DNA from: a virus
IMG/VR virus record: IMGVR_UViG_3300027848_000009
Location: 1-64,000 of that record
Direction: 5' to 3' (one strand)
Length of the DNA stretch: 64,000 bases
The position numbers were made by a program, and so were the translations under genes. The notes below the pieces were generated by a model. That model was not told the DNA's origin and searched no databases. It saw only the letters and a program-made list of their open reading frames with translations. Positions 18,418 to 28,972 of the stretch are shown piece by piece. The first letter of the stretch is position 1, and every line of letters starts with the position of its first letter.

Positions 18418-21018
18418 ATGGCTGGTCCTATCGCTGTTGCAACAATCGAGATTGTTCCAGAGCTTGCTACGTTCAATTCTGGAATCAAGGAAGCATTCTC
18501 GAAAGCACAAAGCCAGGCGGCGAAGGCTGGCGAAGATATTGAGGACTCTTTCGGTGAGGCTGCCCGACAGTCAATCGACGAGTTCCAAAAGTTCAACACC
18601 GGCACATTCAAGGATGCAACGGTCGGCGCTGATCGGGCTGGCGAGCAGATCGAGGATTCGTTCAAGGAGGCGCAGCGAACATCGAACAAGGCACTCGGAG
18701 GCATCGATCTCAAGAAGGCTGCTGCTGGCCTCGCAGGCCTATTTGCTGGCGCTCAGCTCGGCTCGTTCTTCAAGGATGCGACGCTCGACGCTCAACGGTT
18801 GAACTCAGCGCTGGCGAACACTGATGTGATTATCACAGCGACGGGCGGCGTGGCCGGTATAACAGCCGACGAGATCCGCAAGTCTGCTCAGGAGTTGTCG
18901 CTGCTGACCGGCGTCGCCGCCGTAGACATTCAGGAAGCATCGAACGTTCTTCTCACATTCAAGAACATCGGTTCCGATACGTTCGATCGCACTACGGCGG
19001 CGGCGCTCGACATGACCGCTGTGCTCGGCGGCGATGCGAAGGGTGCTGCTGTCCAATTGGGCAAGGCTCTGAACGATCCGACTAAAGGCGTGTCGGCTCT
19101 GGCGAAAGCTGGTGTCACGTTCACCGATCAGCAGAAAGAACAGATCAAGACAATGCAGGAGTCCGGCGATCTCGTCGGTGCTCAGAACATCGTGCTGGCC
19201 GAATTGGAGGGACAGTTCAAAGGTGCTGCGGAGGCGTCGGCAGACTCGACCGCAAAGATCGGCGCGGCGTTCACAGCATTGAAGGAGAACGTCGGGCAGG
19301 GTCTGATCGGAGCGCTCGACGAGGTGACCCCTGTCCTGCTCGATCTGATTACCGCCATCACTCCCGCCTTGACTTCGCTCGGCGTGCTGCTGGGCGATGC
19401 GTTCAAAGCTCTGCTCCCGGCGATCAGCGAACTCATCAAGGGACTCACACCGCTCTTCGAGATTTTCGGTGCAATGATCCCCGTGGTCGCACCGATCATC
19501 CAACTAATTGCCGAAGTGCTCGTCGTCGCATTCCAGACGTTGGCCGACGTTCTGGTCCCTGTTCTCGATGCGTTGGCACCGGTCGTCAAGATGATCGCAG
19601 GGAAGCTCGGCGAGGCGCTCACGAAGATCGCTCCGATTCTCGCCGAGGTCGCTGGGATCATCGCCGACGTGTTCGTGAAAGCGATCGAGATAGCAATACC
19701 GATTCTCGATCAACTGTTCCCGATCTTCACTGAGATTGTTGGCATCGTTGGCGGCGCTCTCACACAGATTCTTGGAGTCCTGGCGACAGCATTTCTCGAC
19801 ATATTCACGGCGCTCGCCCCGTTGATCCCGATTCTCGCAGGCGTGTTACTGACGGCCATCGAGCTGCTCGCTCCGCTGTTCACGACGGTCGTCGAAGCCA
19901 TCGTGCCGCTGATCCCGTTGATCGCTGATGGGTTGGTCAAGGCAGTCGAAGGATTGATGCCGCTGCTTACGGTGCTGCTCGATGCGTTCGCGCAGATCGC
20001 ACCGCTGCTGATCGACGCACTCGTTCCGATCTTGCCGATCCTCGTGGATTTGTTTCTGTCTCTGATTGAGGCGCTTCTACCGCTCGTTCCGACGCTTGTC
20101 CTATTGGTCGAATCATTGCTCCCGTTGATGGTCCAAATCATCGAGGCGCTGACACCGCTGCTTGAGGGAGCGGCTGAGATCATCTCCGCCGTTCTGGTCG
20201 TCGCCGTCGAGTTCCTGTCGGACAAGCTGACATGGCTGCTGGAGGAAGTCATTATTCCAGTCGTTGAGTTTCTGGATCAGAACTTCAAACCTGCGCTTGA
20301 AACGCTCGGTGAGAAGGCGGGCGAGGTCGGCGGCTTCTTCGTCACGATGGGAGAGTTCTTCCAGGGTGTCTACGATGACGTGCTGTTGCCGATCAAAGAC
20401 TTCTTTGTTGGTGCGTTCAAAATTGCGATTGAAGCTGCCGGTGTTTACTTCGAGGTTCTCGGCACGGTGTTCGACACTGCGATGGGGGTCATCCAAACAG
20501 TCTTCGACACTGTGCTCATGCCGATATACAATTTCTTCAACGACGTGTTCGGGACGGCGTTCGAGGCTGCCGGTACAGCACTGGAGACGCTGGGCGAAGT
20601 GTTCAGCACCGTGTGGGGCGGGATCACGACGACGGTTGACACGGCTGTCGGTGCTGTCAAGACGGCCATCAATACAATCATCAGCGGATGGAACGCAATC
20701 GAGTTCAAGATCCCCGGCTTCAAGATCGGGCCTATCGGATACGACGGCTTTACACTCGGGCTGCCAAACATCCCGAAGCTCGCGAACGGTGCGATGATTA
20801 ACTCGCCGACGCTCGCCCTGGTCGGCGAGGCTGGCCCCGAGCTGGTGCTGCCACTCAACCGTCCCCGCCGTGCAGCCCAGCTTCTCAACGAGTCCGGTAT
20901 TGGCGGCGGCGGTGCGGTCGTGTCGATCGCCACCGCAAACTTCTACGATGGCACGGACGCCGATCTGGTGGCACAGAAAACGATGCTCGCTTTGAGCGCA
21001 AGGAGGCTGACAGCATGA
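18418..21018 (+). CDS. tape measure protein
   Basis: 866 aa helical repeats, QLGKALNDP, C-terminal LVGEAGPELVLPL. Confidence 0.93.
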   Translation: MAGPIAVATIEIVPELATFNSGIKEAFSKAQSQAAKAGEDIEDSFGEAARQSIDEFQKFNTGTFKDATVGADRAGEQIEDSFKEAQRTSNKALGGIDLKKAAAGLAGLFAGAQLGSFFKDATLDAQRLNSALANTDVIITATGGVAGITADEIRKSAQELSLLTGVAAVDIQEASNVLLTFKNIGSDTFDRTTAAALDMTAVLGGDAKGAAVQLGKALNDPTKGVSALAKAGVTFTDQQKEQIKTMQESGDLVGAQNIVLAELEGQFKGAAEASADSTAKIGAAFTALKENVGQGLIGALDEVTPVLLDLITAITPALTSLGVLLGDAFKALLPAISELIKGLTPLFEIFGAMIPVVAPIIQLIAEVLVVAFQTLADVLVPVLDALAPVVKMIAGKLGEALTKIAPILAEVAGIIADVFVKAIEIAIPILDQLFPIFTEIVGIVGGALTQILGVLATAFLDIFTALAPLIPILAGVLLTAIELLAPLFTTVVEAIVPLIPLIADGLVKAVEGLMPLLTVLLDAFAQIAPLLIDALVPILPILVDLFLSLIEALLPLVPTLVLLVESLLPLMVQIIEALTPLLEGAAEIISAVLVVAVEFLSDKLTWLLEEVIIPVVEFLDQNFKPALETLGEKAGEVGGFFVTMGEFFQGVYDDVLLPIKDFFVGAFKIAIEAAGVYFEVLGTVFDTAMGVIQTVFDTVLMPIYNFFNDVFGTAFEAAGTALETLGEVFSTVWGGITTTVDTAVGAVKTAINTIISGWNAIEFKIPGFKIGPIGYDGFTLGLPNIPKLANGAMINSPTLALVGEAGPELVLPLNRPRRAAQLLNESGIGGGGAVVSIATANFYDGTDADLVAQKTMLALSARRLTA

Positions 21019-21944
21019 CCGTCTACCTGACCGATCCGACGTTGGGTGTTCTCAATCTTGGCCCCACCAGCGAACAGATCGCAGCCGGAGAATGTGGTGG
21101 CACCGGCTACGTCGTTTCGGAGTGGACGGTCGGGTTCCCCGAGGTGCGTGCCGTGTCCCGTGCCAGGGCGCTCTCCGACGGGTCGGTCGATGATTCACGC
21201 TTCGTAGGTCCGAGAGCGATCAGCTTCGGAATCACCATCGACCAAAGAGTGGCTGATCCGCAGGTGCTCGTTGAGCAGCTCACCCCGTACCTGTCGCCCC
21301 GTGTCCGCCCTCGGCTGGTCTGGGCGATCCCTGGGTCCACTCAGGAGCGCTCGGCGGTCGTCCGAGGGCAAGATATGTCGCTATCGATTGTGCGTCCGAA
21401 GTTTCATCAGGTGATCGCTTCATGGGTTGCCCCGAACGGGCTGCTCGAATCCCCGGTCGAGAACTCTCGGACGATCCGGCCGTCCACCGATGTCGAGGAC
21501 GGTCGCCATTACTCGACGCCAGCCGACCAGTACGGCCCGTACTACACGAACGCCACCGGCGACGTTGGCCGACAGTATGAGCCGGGTGCCGGTATCGGTG
21601 CGTACATCATCAACAATGCCGGGAACGCTGTCGCAGACTGGACTGCTGTGATCTTCGGGCCGGTCGAGACACCCAGCTTGACGATCAACGGGACCGAGAT
21701 CATCTTCAACCGTGACGGCGGTCTGACATTGAACGGCGGTACGTCGGTCGTTCTCGATTCTCGTTCTCGGACGATCCTGCGGAACAACGATCCGGCCGAT
21801 TCGCTGTACGGCAAAGTCAACTTTGACGAATGGGCGTGGGAAGATGTGCGGCTCCAGCCTGGACTCAACAGGATCGTCTACGGCGGTGTCGTCATCGGCA
21901 CGTCGTCGTCCGTCGTGTTCAGTTGGCGGGACTCATACTTGTGA
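21015..21944 (+). CDS. distal tail protein (Dit)
   Basis: Follows TMP; N.GNA...W...I.GP..TP, LQPGLNRI, WRD.YL end. Confidence 0.8.
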   Translation: MTVYLTDPTLGVLNLGPTSEQIAAGECGGTGYVVSEWTVGFPEVRAVSRARALSDGSVDDSRFVGPRAISFGITIDQRVADPQVLVEQLTPYLSPRVRPRLVWAIPGSTQERSAVVRGQDMSLSIVRPKFHQVIASWVAPNGLLESPVENSRTIRPSTDVEDGRHYSTPADQYGPYYTNATGDVGRQYEPGAGIGAYIINNAGNAVADWTAVIFGPVETPSLTINGTEIIFNRDGGLTLNGGTSVVLDSRSRTILRNNDPADSLYGKVNFDEWAWEDVRLQPGLNRIVYGGVVIGTSSSVVFSWRDSYL

Positions 21945-23008
21945 GCGCCGTCAATGTCGCTGTGGCCGATGTGTTCACGTTGGGTGTCGGCCCGCATACC
22001 GGCGCTCAACCCATCCAAGAGGTCGGCCTGTTCGGTACGGCTTCGGTGGCGATGTCGCTCGACACCGGCCCGACGGTCACGTTCGATGTAGCAGGCGACT
22101 CTCCTGGCGCACGACAGATTGATGAGCTGGCGACAGATGTCTGGGTGTATCTGAACGGGGCGACGATCGCCCGTTGCCGTGTCGCTTCGGTGCAGCAGAC
22201 GTTCGGGCCGGACGGCGACGATACGGTCAACGTCACCGCCGTCGGCTACGAGGCTTTGATGACGGCCCGGCATGTCCAGTCGCCGCTCGTTTATGCGGGA
22301 GTCGATCAGGCGCAGATCGTGTGGGCGCTGATCCAACATACGCAGGCGCAAGCGGGCGGCGATCTGGGCATCACTGCCGGGACGCTCGACGGTGGCAGCA
22401 TCTTACGGGACCGGGCATATCTGATGGGCGAGAACATCGCTGACATCCTGTCGAATCTGTCGGCGACTTTCGACGGCCCATGGTGGGGGATCGACGGGCT
22501 GCTGAATCTCAACGTCCACCCGTTCTCGACGTTCCCGACTCTGAGCACACCGATCATGTTGGGTGTAACGGCCCGGTCGATGACCCGCAACTCGGGTGCC
22601 TCGACGTTCGCGAACTCGGTGATAGCGGACGGCGACGCCAACTTCACCACCCCTGTCTCGGTCGATGATGCAGGGATCGCCGCCGACCCGCGAGGACGGT
22701 GGGAGAGGATCGCCGGGTTCCCGTTGGTCACTGACCAATCGACGCTCGTGGAGAATGCTGACGGCCTGCTCCAGTCGGCCCGCTCCCCGATTGCGAGCTG
22801 GTCATGCCAGATTGATGCTTCTCGTTTCATCACCGACGCCGGATATATGCCGGGCGACTTCGTCAAGATCGTTGTCCCTGCTTCGACGGTCGCCCCTTCC
22901 GGTGTGCCCGAGTTCTCGGTTGACGGCCAAGTCATGTCGATGACGTTGACGATTGACGCTTCGGGAGAATCGTCTGTCGATGTCCAATGCGTTGAGGTGG
23001 CGACATGA
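21941..23008 (+). CDS. minor tail / baseplate hub protein (ReqiPepy6 gp37-like)
   Basis: GTG start overlapping Dit stop; ELATDVWVY, DQAQIVWALI..TQ. Confidence 0.7.
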   Translation: MSAVNVAVADVFTLGVGPHTGAQPIQEVGLFGTASVAMSLDTGPTVTFDVAGDSPGARQIDELATDVWVYLNGATIARCRVASVQQTFGPDGDDTVNVTAVGYEALMTARHVQSPLVYAGVDQAQIVWALIQHTQAQAGGDLGITAGTLDGGSILRDRAYLMGENIADILSNLSATFDGPWWGIDGLLNLNVHPFSTFPTLSTPIMLGVTARSMTRNSGASTFANSVIADGDANFTTPVSVDDAGIAADPRGRWERIAGFPLVTDQSTLVENADGLLQSARSPIASWSCQIDASRFITDAGYMPGDFVKIVVPASTVAPSGVPEFSVDGQVMSMTLTIDASGESSVDVQCVEVAT

Positions 23009-23229
23009 GTGCCGCACGAGGAGCGAAGCCTGGAGTCCAAGCTCAGGCAGCGTTCTTCGAGGACATGCTTCGGCGGCTCGCTGCACTGGAACGTGCGTCG
23101 GGCGGTACGTCTGGTTTCACCTTCTACGGCGAGGCGACTCCGACGACGACTCGTGACGGACACACCTGGTTCAAGCCATCGACTGCTGCGGCGTCGGTCT
23201 GGTCGGCTGGCGCATGGGTCATCTATTGA
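23005..23229 (+). CDS. small minor tail protein
   Basis: RRLAALER coiled segment; position. Confidence 0.6.
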   Translation: MSAARGAKPGVQAQAAFFEDMLRRLAALERASGGTSGFTFYGEATPTTTRDGHTWFKPSTAAASVWSAGAWVIY

Positions 23230-23256
23230 TCTTGACCGTGTTGTAGGCTCGACGCT

Positions 23257-23892
23257 ATGACGATCGAACTTCCTCTCTGGCTCCAGAACGTCGAGTACAG
23301 CGCACGTCTCGACCGGCTTCTCATCGAGCGTGTCGCCCGAGGCTTGGAGCAGGTGTACGAAGGGTTCGAGGTAACCCAGGACGGTGTCGGCTCGTTCAAT
23401 GTGGATGTTGCTGCTGGAGGCTGTGTCATCCAGGGCGACGATTCTGTCGATCAGGGCATGTATATGGTGCAGTCCACAACGTCCGTAACGGTGCCTGTGC
23501 CGCCGTCTCCGGTGTCCGGTACTCGTACCGATACGGTAATCATCAGGGTCAACGATTCGCAGGCTGGTGGCCTTTCGACTCCAGCCGATCAGGCGGTCAT
23601 CGAAGTGATCGAGGGGACGGTCCTGCCGGATACGTCGATCTCGTTGGCGACGATTGCTCGCATATCATCTGAGTCGGCGATCCTTGATTCTGAGATCACC
23701 GACACCCGAGTTGTGATCCCGAGCACTCTGGTCAACTCGATCAACGGCATGACTGGAGTGGTGACGCTTACTGCTGCCGATGTTGATGCGGTGCCGGTTT
23801 CGTTCGGGTCGGCGATGCGGTTCCGTGGATACGGTGCTGCGGAGCCTGTCACCGACTTACAGGTTGGCGACGTGTTCTTCAAGGAGGCGTAG
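23257..23892 (+). CDS. minor tail protein
   Basis: NVDVAAG, RTDTVIIRVND, VNSINGMTGVVTLTAADV repeat. Confidence 0.75.
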   Translation: MTIELPLWLQNVEYSARLDRLLIERVARGLEQVYEGFEVTQDGVGSFNVDVAAGGCVIQGDDSVDQGMYMVQSTTSVTVPVPPSPVSGTRTDTVIIRVNDSQAGGLSTPADQAVIEVIEGTVLPDTSISLATIARISSESAILDSEITDTRVVIPSTLVNSINGMTGVVTLTAADVDAVPVSFGSAMRFRGYGAAEPVTDLQVGDVFFKEA

Positions 23893-24806
23893 TGACTACG
23901 TTTGCGCCGACAGGTACCGGCCGGACAGGCTCGACTCAGGATTACACGGTCCCAACTACGGCCAGCTTTATTATTACTGCGGTTGGTGCGACTGGAGGAT
24001 ATGCATACTTGAACGGTACGACGACGGTGAATCCTGGCGGTACGGGCACGTCGATGTATGGCGAGTTTGCTCTGACGGCTGGCAACGTGATCCGTTTCAT
24101 GGTCGGGCAAGCGGGCGCTAACAACGCCAGCAACCCAGCCAGCCGTGGTGGTGGCGGTGGCGGCGCAACATTTGTTTACAACGTCACTACGGCCACACTG
24201 TTGATGGTTGCTGGCGGTGGCGGTGGCGGTGGCCAATATGCGAACGGCACATTGAAGAACGCAAACTTGACAGCGGACGGTTCGGCAGGGACGGTCGGCG
24301 GTGGTGCTGCCGGTACTGCCCCGAACGGGGGTGGGGCGACCTCCTACGGCGGCGGCGGCGGCGGCTACAGTGGCAACGGTGCCAACTCTGGATACGGCCA
24401 GGGCGGACTGTCGTACACCAACGGCGGCACGGGTGGTGCGCTTTCTAATGACGGCGCTGACGGCGGCTATGGCGGCGGTGGTGGCAGCTACGCCGGTGCT
24501 GGCGGCGGCGGAGGTTACGGTGGCGGAGGCGCTGGTGGCTGGTCATTGTCTGGCGACGGCGGTGGTGGCGGCTCATATAACACGGGCACCAATCAGACCA
24601 ACATAGCTCAGGTAGGAACAGCGGCAGGCTCGGCTTCGATTGTTGCCGCCAACATGGCCCCGACGGCACCGACTTTGGTTGCTCCAGCAGATTTGGCTGG
24701 AGTCCCAACCGCAGACCCGTTGCTTTATGATTGGACGCCGAACGATCCTGATGTGGGTGACACCCAGTCCGAGTTTGCTTTGGTGCGACGGAAGGTTCCG
24801 CAGTGA
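23892..24806 (+). CDS. glycine-rich tail protein
   Basis: GGGGGGATFV, LMVAGGGGGGG, GGGGSY motifs. Confidence 0.8.
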   Translation: MTTFAPTGTGRTGSTQDYTVPTTASFIITAVGATGGYAYLNGTTTVNPGGTGTSMYGEFALTAGNVIRFMVGQAGANNASNPASRGGGGGGATFVYNVTTATLLMVAGGGGGGGQYANGTLKNANLTADGSAGTVGGGAAGTAPNGGGATSYGGGGGGYSGNGANSGYGQGGLSYTNGGTGGALSNDGADGGYGGGGGSYAGAGGGGGYGGGGAGGWSLSGDGGGGGSYNTGTNQTNIAQVGTAAGSASIVAANMAPTAPTLVAPADLAGVPTADPLLYDWTPNDPDVGDTQSEFALVRRKVPQ

Positions 24807-26611
24807 CAATAATTTCTACGACAGTTAGCAGCGAGGACACCAAGGCGCAGTTCCAACGCAAAATTGACCGATGCCAAAATGGTGTGCTCTGGTCGGTTCT
24901 CCGAGCTGCCAGTAGCAGCGCTTTACAGTTTTGGTTTTCGACCGATGACGGCGCAACATGGACGCTAGATGTTACAACTATTAGCTCTGGCCATAGTCAA
25001 GCAGAGTCGGCGTTCTTTATTGACATCGACGATTATGCGCACGTCACGGTCTATAGCGGCTACTGGAGAGGCACGCCGAACGCTGCTAGAACAGCTTGGA
25101 CGTGGAGTAGTAAAGTAGACTTGTATTGGAATAATGCCACCCCCATGAGTAACACCATTGTTGCTCATAAGGAAGGCACGGGATGGGTGGCCCACATTGC
25201 CCACGTTATCTATTCTTCGGCGTGGTTTTGTGGCTATCGCCGTATCGGAATCAGCTCCTCGGGGGTGCTTACACTAGGAGCGTTTTCATTACTTGGCCTG
25301 GCTGACGACACCCAGCAATCGCTTTGCACGTCGATCGACTTCAACCATACGGGCGACGGGAAAACTGTCGCTAACGGGACTCCAAATGTGTATATGGCTT
25401 GGAACGGCGACGACGGCGCTGGTGTCGGCGGCTACACAGTAAATTATATTGAAGCCGTATATTCGTCAGGCCCGACCTGGACACTTGGGACACGAATGGC
25501 GCTTGGCAATACCGTTGCCCACCAAAATAAAATGTCTATGTACTTTGATGGGACACGAACATGCATAGCTTTCGTTCCTGCTTCCAGCAACGGACAGAGA
25601 CTTGTCGCTGTTTGGGAGGTGCTTCCTGGCGGAACGTCTGCGAGTGGATACAAGGCTCCACCGGAAATGAACAACAACCAAAGAATCAATATTGGGGCGG
25701 CGTATGACAGCGACCAAAATATCTATATCTGGGCGGATGACAACTACCGTGGCAACCTGTACCAGACCATTTTCAATAGGGCCGCAAATGCGTGGGGCGC
25801 ATGGACGCTTGTAGCTGCAGCAGCAATCAACTCCAACACCCTGTCAATTAAGCGTGACTGGTCAAACAATTACATCGAAGCCATTTGGACCAATCACAAC
25901 GGCGCGAATCCCACAGATGTCCGTTACGGCAATTTCGGATTAAACTTCCGTCCGTCTATCCCTACGATCCTGACTCCAGCCGACAACGCAACAGTCGCCC
26001 TCACATCTGGCGTAGATTTCACCTACACTTTCGGTGACCCAGAAGGCGACCTGCAAGTTGGTTACGCCCTTAAACGAAGGGCCCTCACGTTAGATGTCGG
26101 GGTCGTTTACGCCGCTCAAGAATGGTGGAACGGTACAGCCTGGGTTGGTTCGGAAGCGGAAGTCGCATCCACCACGCAGCCGATCTCGATATCGGACTGG
26201 CCTGCCATCGGTGACACGTACCAGTATGCGCTCGCCAACTCGGACGCCTCAGGTTTAGGCCCGTACTCGGCATGGCAGACACTCAACCCTTACGAGTGGT
26301 GGGATGGTACGGCCTGGGTTCCGATGGTCGAGGGGTGGATTGTTTCGACCACCTCCGAAGTCACCCAGTCGGTTGTTCAAGCCGATCTAGAAGTCAGCAC
26401 TTCCTACAATTGGACTGCGGCAACCAAAGACGCTGCCGGTGCCACCGGGCCTTATGCGGCGCTATTCACATTCACCGCAATCGGATCGTTCGCTCGCATC
26501 TGGAACGGCTCGTCGTGGCTCGACCATGAGGTCTTCGTTAGGGTGTCAAGCAATAGTTGGGAGCAGCACTCGGCACTCATCTGGGACGGGTCGGCATGGG
26601 TCAACTACTAA
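24803..26611 (+). CDS. tail fibre / receptor-binding protein
   Basis: STDDGATW BNR-like motif, repeated WW(N/D)GTAW / WDGSAW; last gene of tail module. Confidence 0.7.
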   Translation: MTIISTTVSSEDTKAQFQRKIDRCQNGVLWSVLRAASSSALQFWFSTDDGATWTLDVTTISSGHSQAESAFFIDIDDYAHVTVYSGYWRGTPNAARTAWTWSSKVDLYWNNATPMSNTIVAHKEGTGWVAHIAHVIYSSAWFCGYRRIGISSSGVLTLGAFSLLGLADDTQQSLCTSIDFNHTGDGKTVANGTPNVYMAWNGDDGAGVGGYTVNYIEAVYSSGPTWTLGTRMALGNTVAHQNKMSMYFDGTRTCIAFVPASSNGQRLVAVWEVLPGGTSASGYKAPPEMNNNQRINIGAAYDSDQNIYIWADDNYRGNLYQTIFNRAANAWGAWTLVAAAAINSNTLSIKRDWSNNYIEAIWTNHNGANPTDVRYGNFGLNFRPSIPTILTPADNATVALTSGVDFTYTFGDPEGDLQVGYALKRRALTLDVGVVYAAQEWWNGTAWVGSEAEVASTTQPISISDWPAIGDTYQYALANSDASGLGPYSAWQTLNPYEWWDGTAWVPMVEGWIVSTTSEVTQSVVQADLEVSTSYNWTAATKDAAGATGPYAALFTFTAIGSFARIWNGSSWLDHEVFVRVSSNSWEQHSALIWDGSAWVNY

Positions 26612-26636
26612 CGGTCACTCAGCAGGAATGGAAGGC

Positions 26637-26870
26637 ATGATGAAACTCACAAACATCCCGCAACCGGTTCGGGCCTATGCCTACCGGATCGGTGTCGCCG
26701 TCGTCGGTGTCGCTGTCGTCTACGGCCTCATCGACAAGGGTGACGCACCGTCTTGGCTGCTGCTCGCTGCGGCGATCTTTGGTATCGGCGGGAACGGTCT
26801 TGCTGCCGCCAATACGGTACGCCCGCCACTCCGGTCGTCGGTGGAGCCGAAGCATTTGCCGGAGGCGTAA
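26637..26870 (+). CDS. holin
   Basis: VRAYAYRIGVAVVGVAVVYGLI...WLLLAAAIFG...LAAANT; two TMs; precedes lysin. Confidence 0.78.
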   Translation: MMKLTNIPQPVRAYAYRIGVAVVGVAVVYGLIDKGDAPSWLLLAAAIFGIGGNGLAAANTVRPPLRSSVEPKHLPEA

Positions 26871-28387
26871 TGTTGATGATGCCGACCGGCTCGGCTGGTA
26901 CAGGCTGGGTCGCCACCGGGCCTGGTGTGCTTCGTAATGCCCGTAGCGGCGACGTGAATGGCAGGGGTGTCTACTACCGGTTTCAGTCGGAGCAGGATTA
27001 CGCACCGCCCTACGTCTGGTCTGGTTCTGTCCGCACGATCTCGCTGATGTCGCCGCCCGTATTCGAGGACGGTACGCCAGCGTGGTATCGGCCTGGCCTC
27101 GTCTTTCATCCGATGTACGGCTCCAGCTCGACGCCCGCCGCTGGCAACGAGGAGAATGTGTTGATCGGCCTCGGCACCTACGACCGGCCCGAAGGTCACG
27201 TCGGCATCTCCGCCGAGCTACGCGCCGAGCGACCCGCCGAACCGTACGGTTCCCGTTCAGGGTACGCCCGCAAGCACGCCCGCCAGCCTGCACCGTTCCC
27301 GTTCTGGGATGGACTCTGGCACAATTTTGAGATCGTCGTTCACAGTCACGCCCACTACACGCTTATGTGGGATGGCGTCATGTTGGCCGACGTTCTGGAG
27401 AACTCGCCCGCCACCATGTCGGGACGCAACCGGGTCGGGCTGCGCTGCGACTTCACTGACATCGAGATCCGTGACTGGGCAGTCCAGGAGATTGTGGCCG
27501 AGGCGACCGAGCCGATGGTGTATCGGATCGTGCCACGCACCGAGGTCGGGCTACCCGCCGTGGTTCGAGACTCGACCGGTGCACTCCGCCCACCGCTCTA
27601 CAACGAGCCGATGATGACCGCCCACTACACCGGCAACAACATCGACTACACCGGCAAAGACACTGCCGAGATCACGCGCCAGATCCAACGAGTGTTCAGT
27701 AGCTCAAAGCCGTTCGAGTACAACTACGTGATTGGCCAGAACGACGACGACGAGATCGTTGAGTTTGCCGGAAAGTTCCAAGCTGCACATTCGGGCGGCG
27801 AAAACAACATCTCGTTCGGTGTCCTGTTCTTGCTCGGCGTCGGTGAGCAGGTCACCGACCGGATGATTGACAAGTGGCGGTGGCTGCGTGACGTGTTGAT
27901 CTACACCGGGGCGCTACGGGCCGACGTAGACCAGCGACCACACAAGCTCATGCCTGGAGCGCGCACTGCGTGTGCCGGAGTATCGGTTGACGCGCGCTGG
28001 CCCGAGTTCCTCCCACCGTGGCAGACATCTATTTCAGGTTCAGGAGACAACAAAATGATTACGCTCAACAAACCGATTCGTATGCTCGACACTCGGGACC
28101 AGCGGGCAGATCCGTTGCCGTCGGGGACGTGGCCGCAGACTTTGCCTGCCGGGATACCGGCGAGGGCCGAGGCTGTGTTCGTGACTGTCACGGCGACCGA
28201 CGCAAGCTCTGGCGGATTCATCACGCTGTGGGGTTCGGGTGCCCGGCCGAACACGTCGAACCTGAACTATCCGGCAGGGGCTGGCGCGATCTGCAACACG
28301 ACGCTTACCCGTGTCGTCGGCGGAAAGTTCCAGATGTTCAACGTGTCGCCGTGCCACGTCATTCTCGATGTGGTCGGTTACGCCTGA
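26870..28387 (+). CDS. endolysin: lectin-like N-domain + Amidase_2 (PGRP-like) + C-terminal cell-wall/surface domain
   Basis: TAHYTG, EYNYVIG, AAHSGGEN, PH..MPGARTAC.G; C-terminal P.RMLDTR...TSNLNY...HVILDVVGY. Confidence 0.82.
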   Translation: MLMMPTGSAGTGWVATGPGVLRNARSGDVNGRGVYYRFQSEQDYAPPYVWSGSVRTISLMSPPVFEDGTPAWYRPGLVFHPMYGSSSTPAAGNEENVLIGLGTYDRPEGHVGISAELRAERPAEPYGSRSGYARKHARQPAPFPFWDGLWHNFEIVVHSHAHYTLMWDGVMLADVLENSPATMSGRNRVGLRCDFTDIEIRDWAVQEIVAEATEPMVYRIVPRTEVGLPAVVRDSTGALRPPLYNEPMMTAHYTGNNIDYTGKDTAEITRQIQRVFSSSKPFEYNYVIGQNDDDEIVEFAGKFQAAHSGGENNISFGVLFLLGVGEQVTDRMIDKWRWLRDVLIYTGALRADVDQRPHKLMPGARTACAGVSVDARWPEFLPPWQTSISGSGDNKMITLNKPIRMLDTRDQRADPLPSGTWPQTLPAGIPARAEAVFVTVTATDASSGGFITLWGSGARPNTSNLNYPAGAGAICNTTLTRVVGGKFQMFNVSPCHVILDVVGYA

Positions 28388-28444
28388 CGGCCCTCGCCTG
28401 GCCGATCCCTGCTTCGGTCGTTTCGGACGGGCTACGATGCTGGT

Positions 28445-28858
28445 ATGAGTATCGCTGACGAACTTCGTACCGCTGGCCTCGATGTCATCGAGGGTCGCCC
28501 GTATGGTCGGATGACCGATGTGGGTGGCGTTGATGTTCTCTCGACAGGGACGGGCCGCTCGCATGAGTGTGCCGACGACATCAACAATATCGTCACCCCG
28601 GCGAGGGGCACGGTGTATCTCGAACGGTCTGGTCGGGTCTGGCTGCTCGCTGACGGCCCGGTCGGTTCCGATGAGAATGCGACTGTGTTCTTGGCGCAGT
28701 ATCGGGATGAGGGTTCGGAGGAGCAGGCCGACGCGCTCGCTGTCGTCCTCGCTGTTCTTGATGCGGCTTACGCCACCGTCGCCCCCATTACCGCCTCCGA
28801 CGCCGTAGACGGCGAAATAGGGGCTGATCCGGTCGATCCCGAAGAAGACTCCGAATGA
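28445..28858 (+). CDS. degenerate amidase-like protein
   Basis: IADELRTAGLDVIE and YLERSGRVWLLADG resemble actinophage LysA amidase, catalytic His residues not seen. Confidence 0.45.
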   Translation: MSIADELRTAGLDVIEGRPYGRMTDVGGVDVLSTGTGRSHECADDINNIVTPARGTVYLERSGRVWLLADGPVGSDENATVFLAQYRDEGSEEQADALAVVLAVLDAAYATVAPITASDAVDGEIGADPVDPEEDSE

Positions 28859-28972
28859 GGAACGGCCTGATCTGTTCAGCCGCTATGTCCGGTCAGACTC
28901 CGAGGGTGCCGGTTTTAAGCGCCTACTTTGTTCACGGCTGACGAGCTGGCTGATGTCGGAAGGTTGTTGCTC

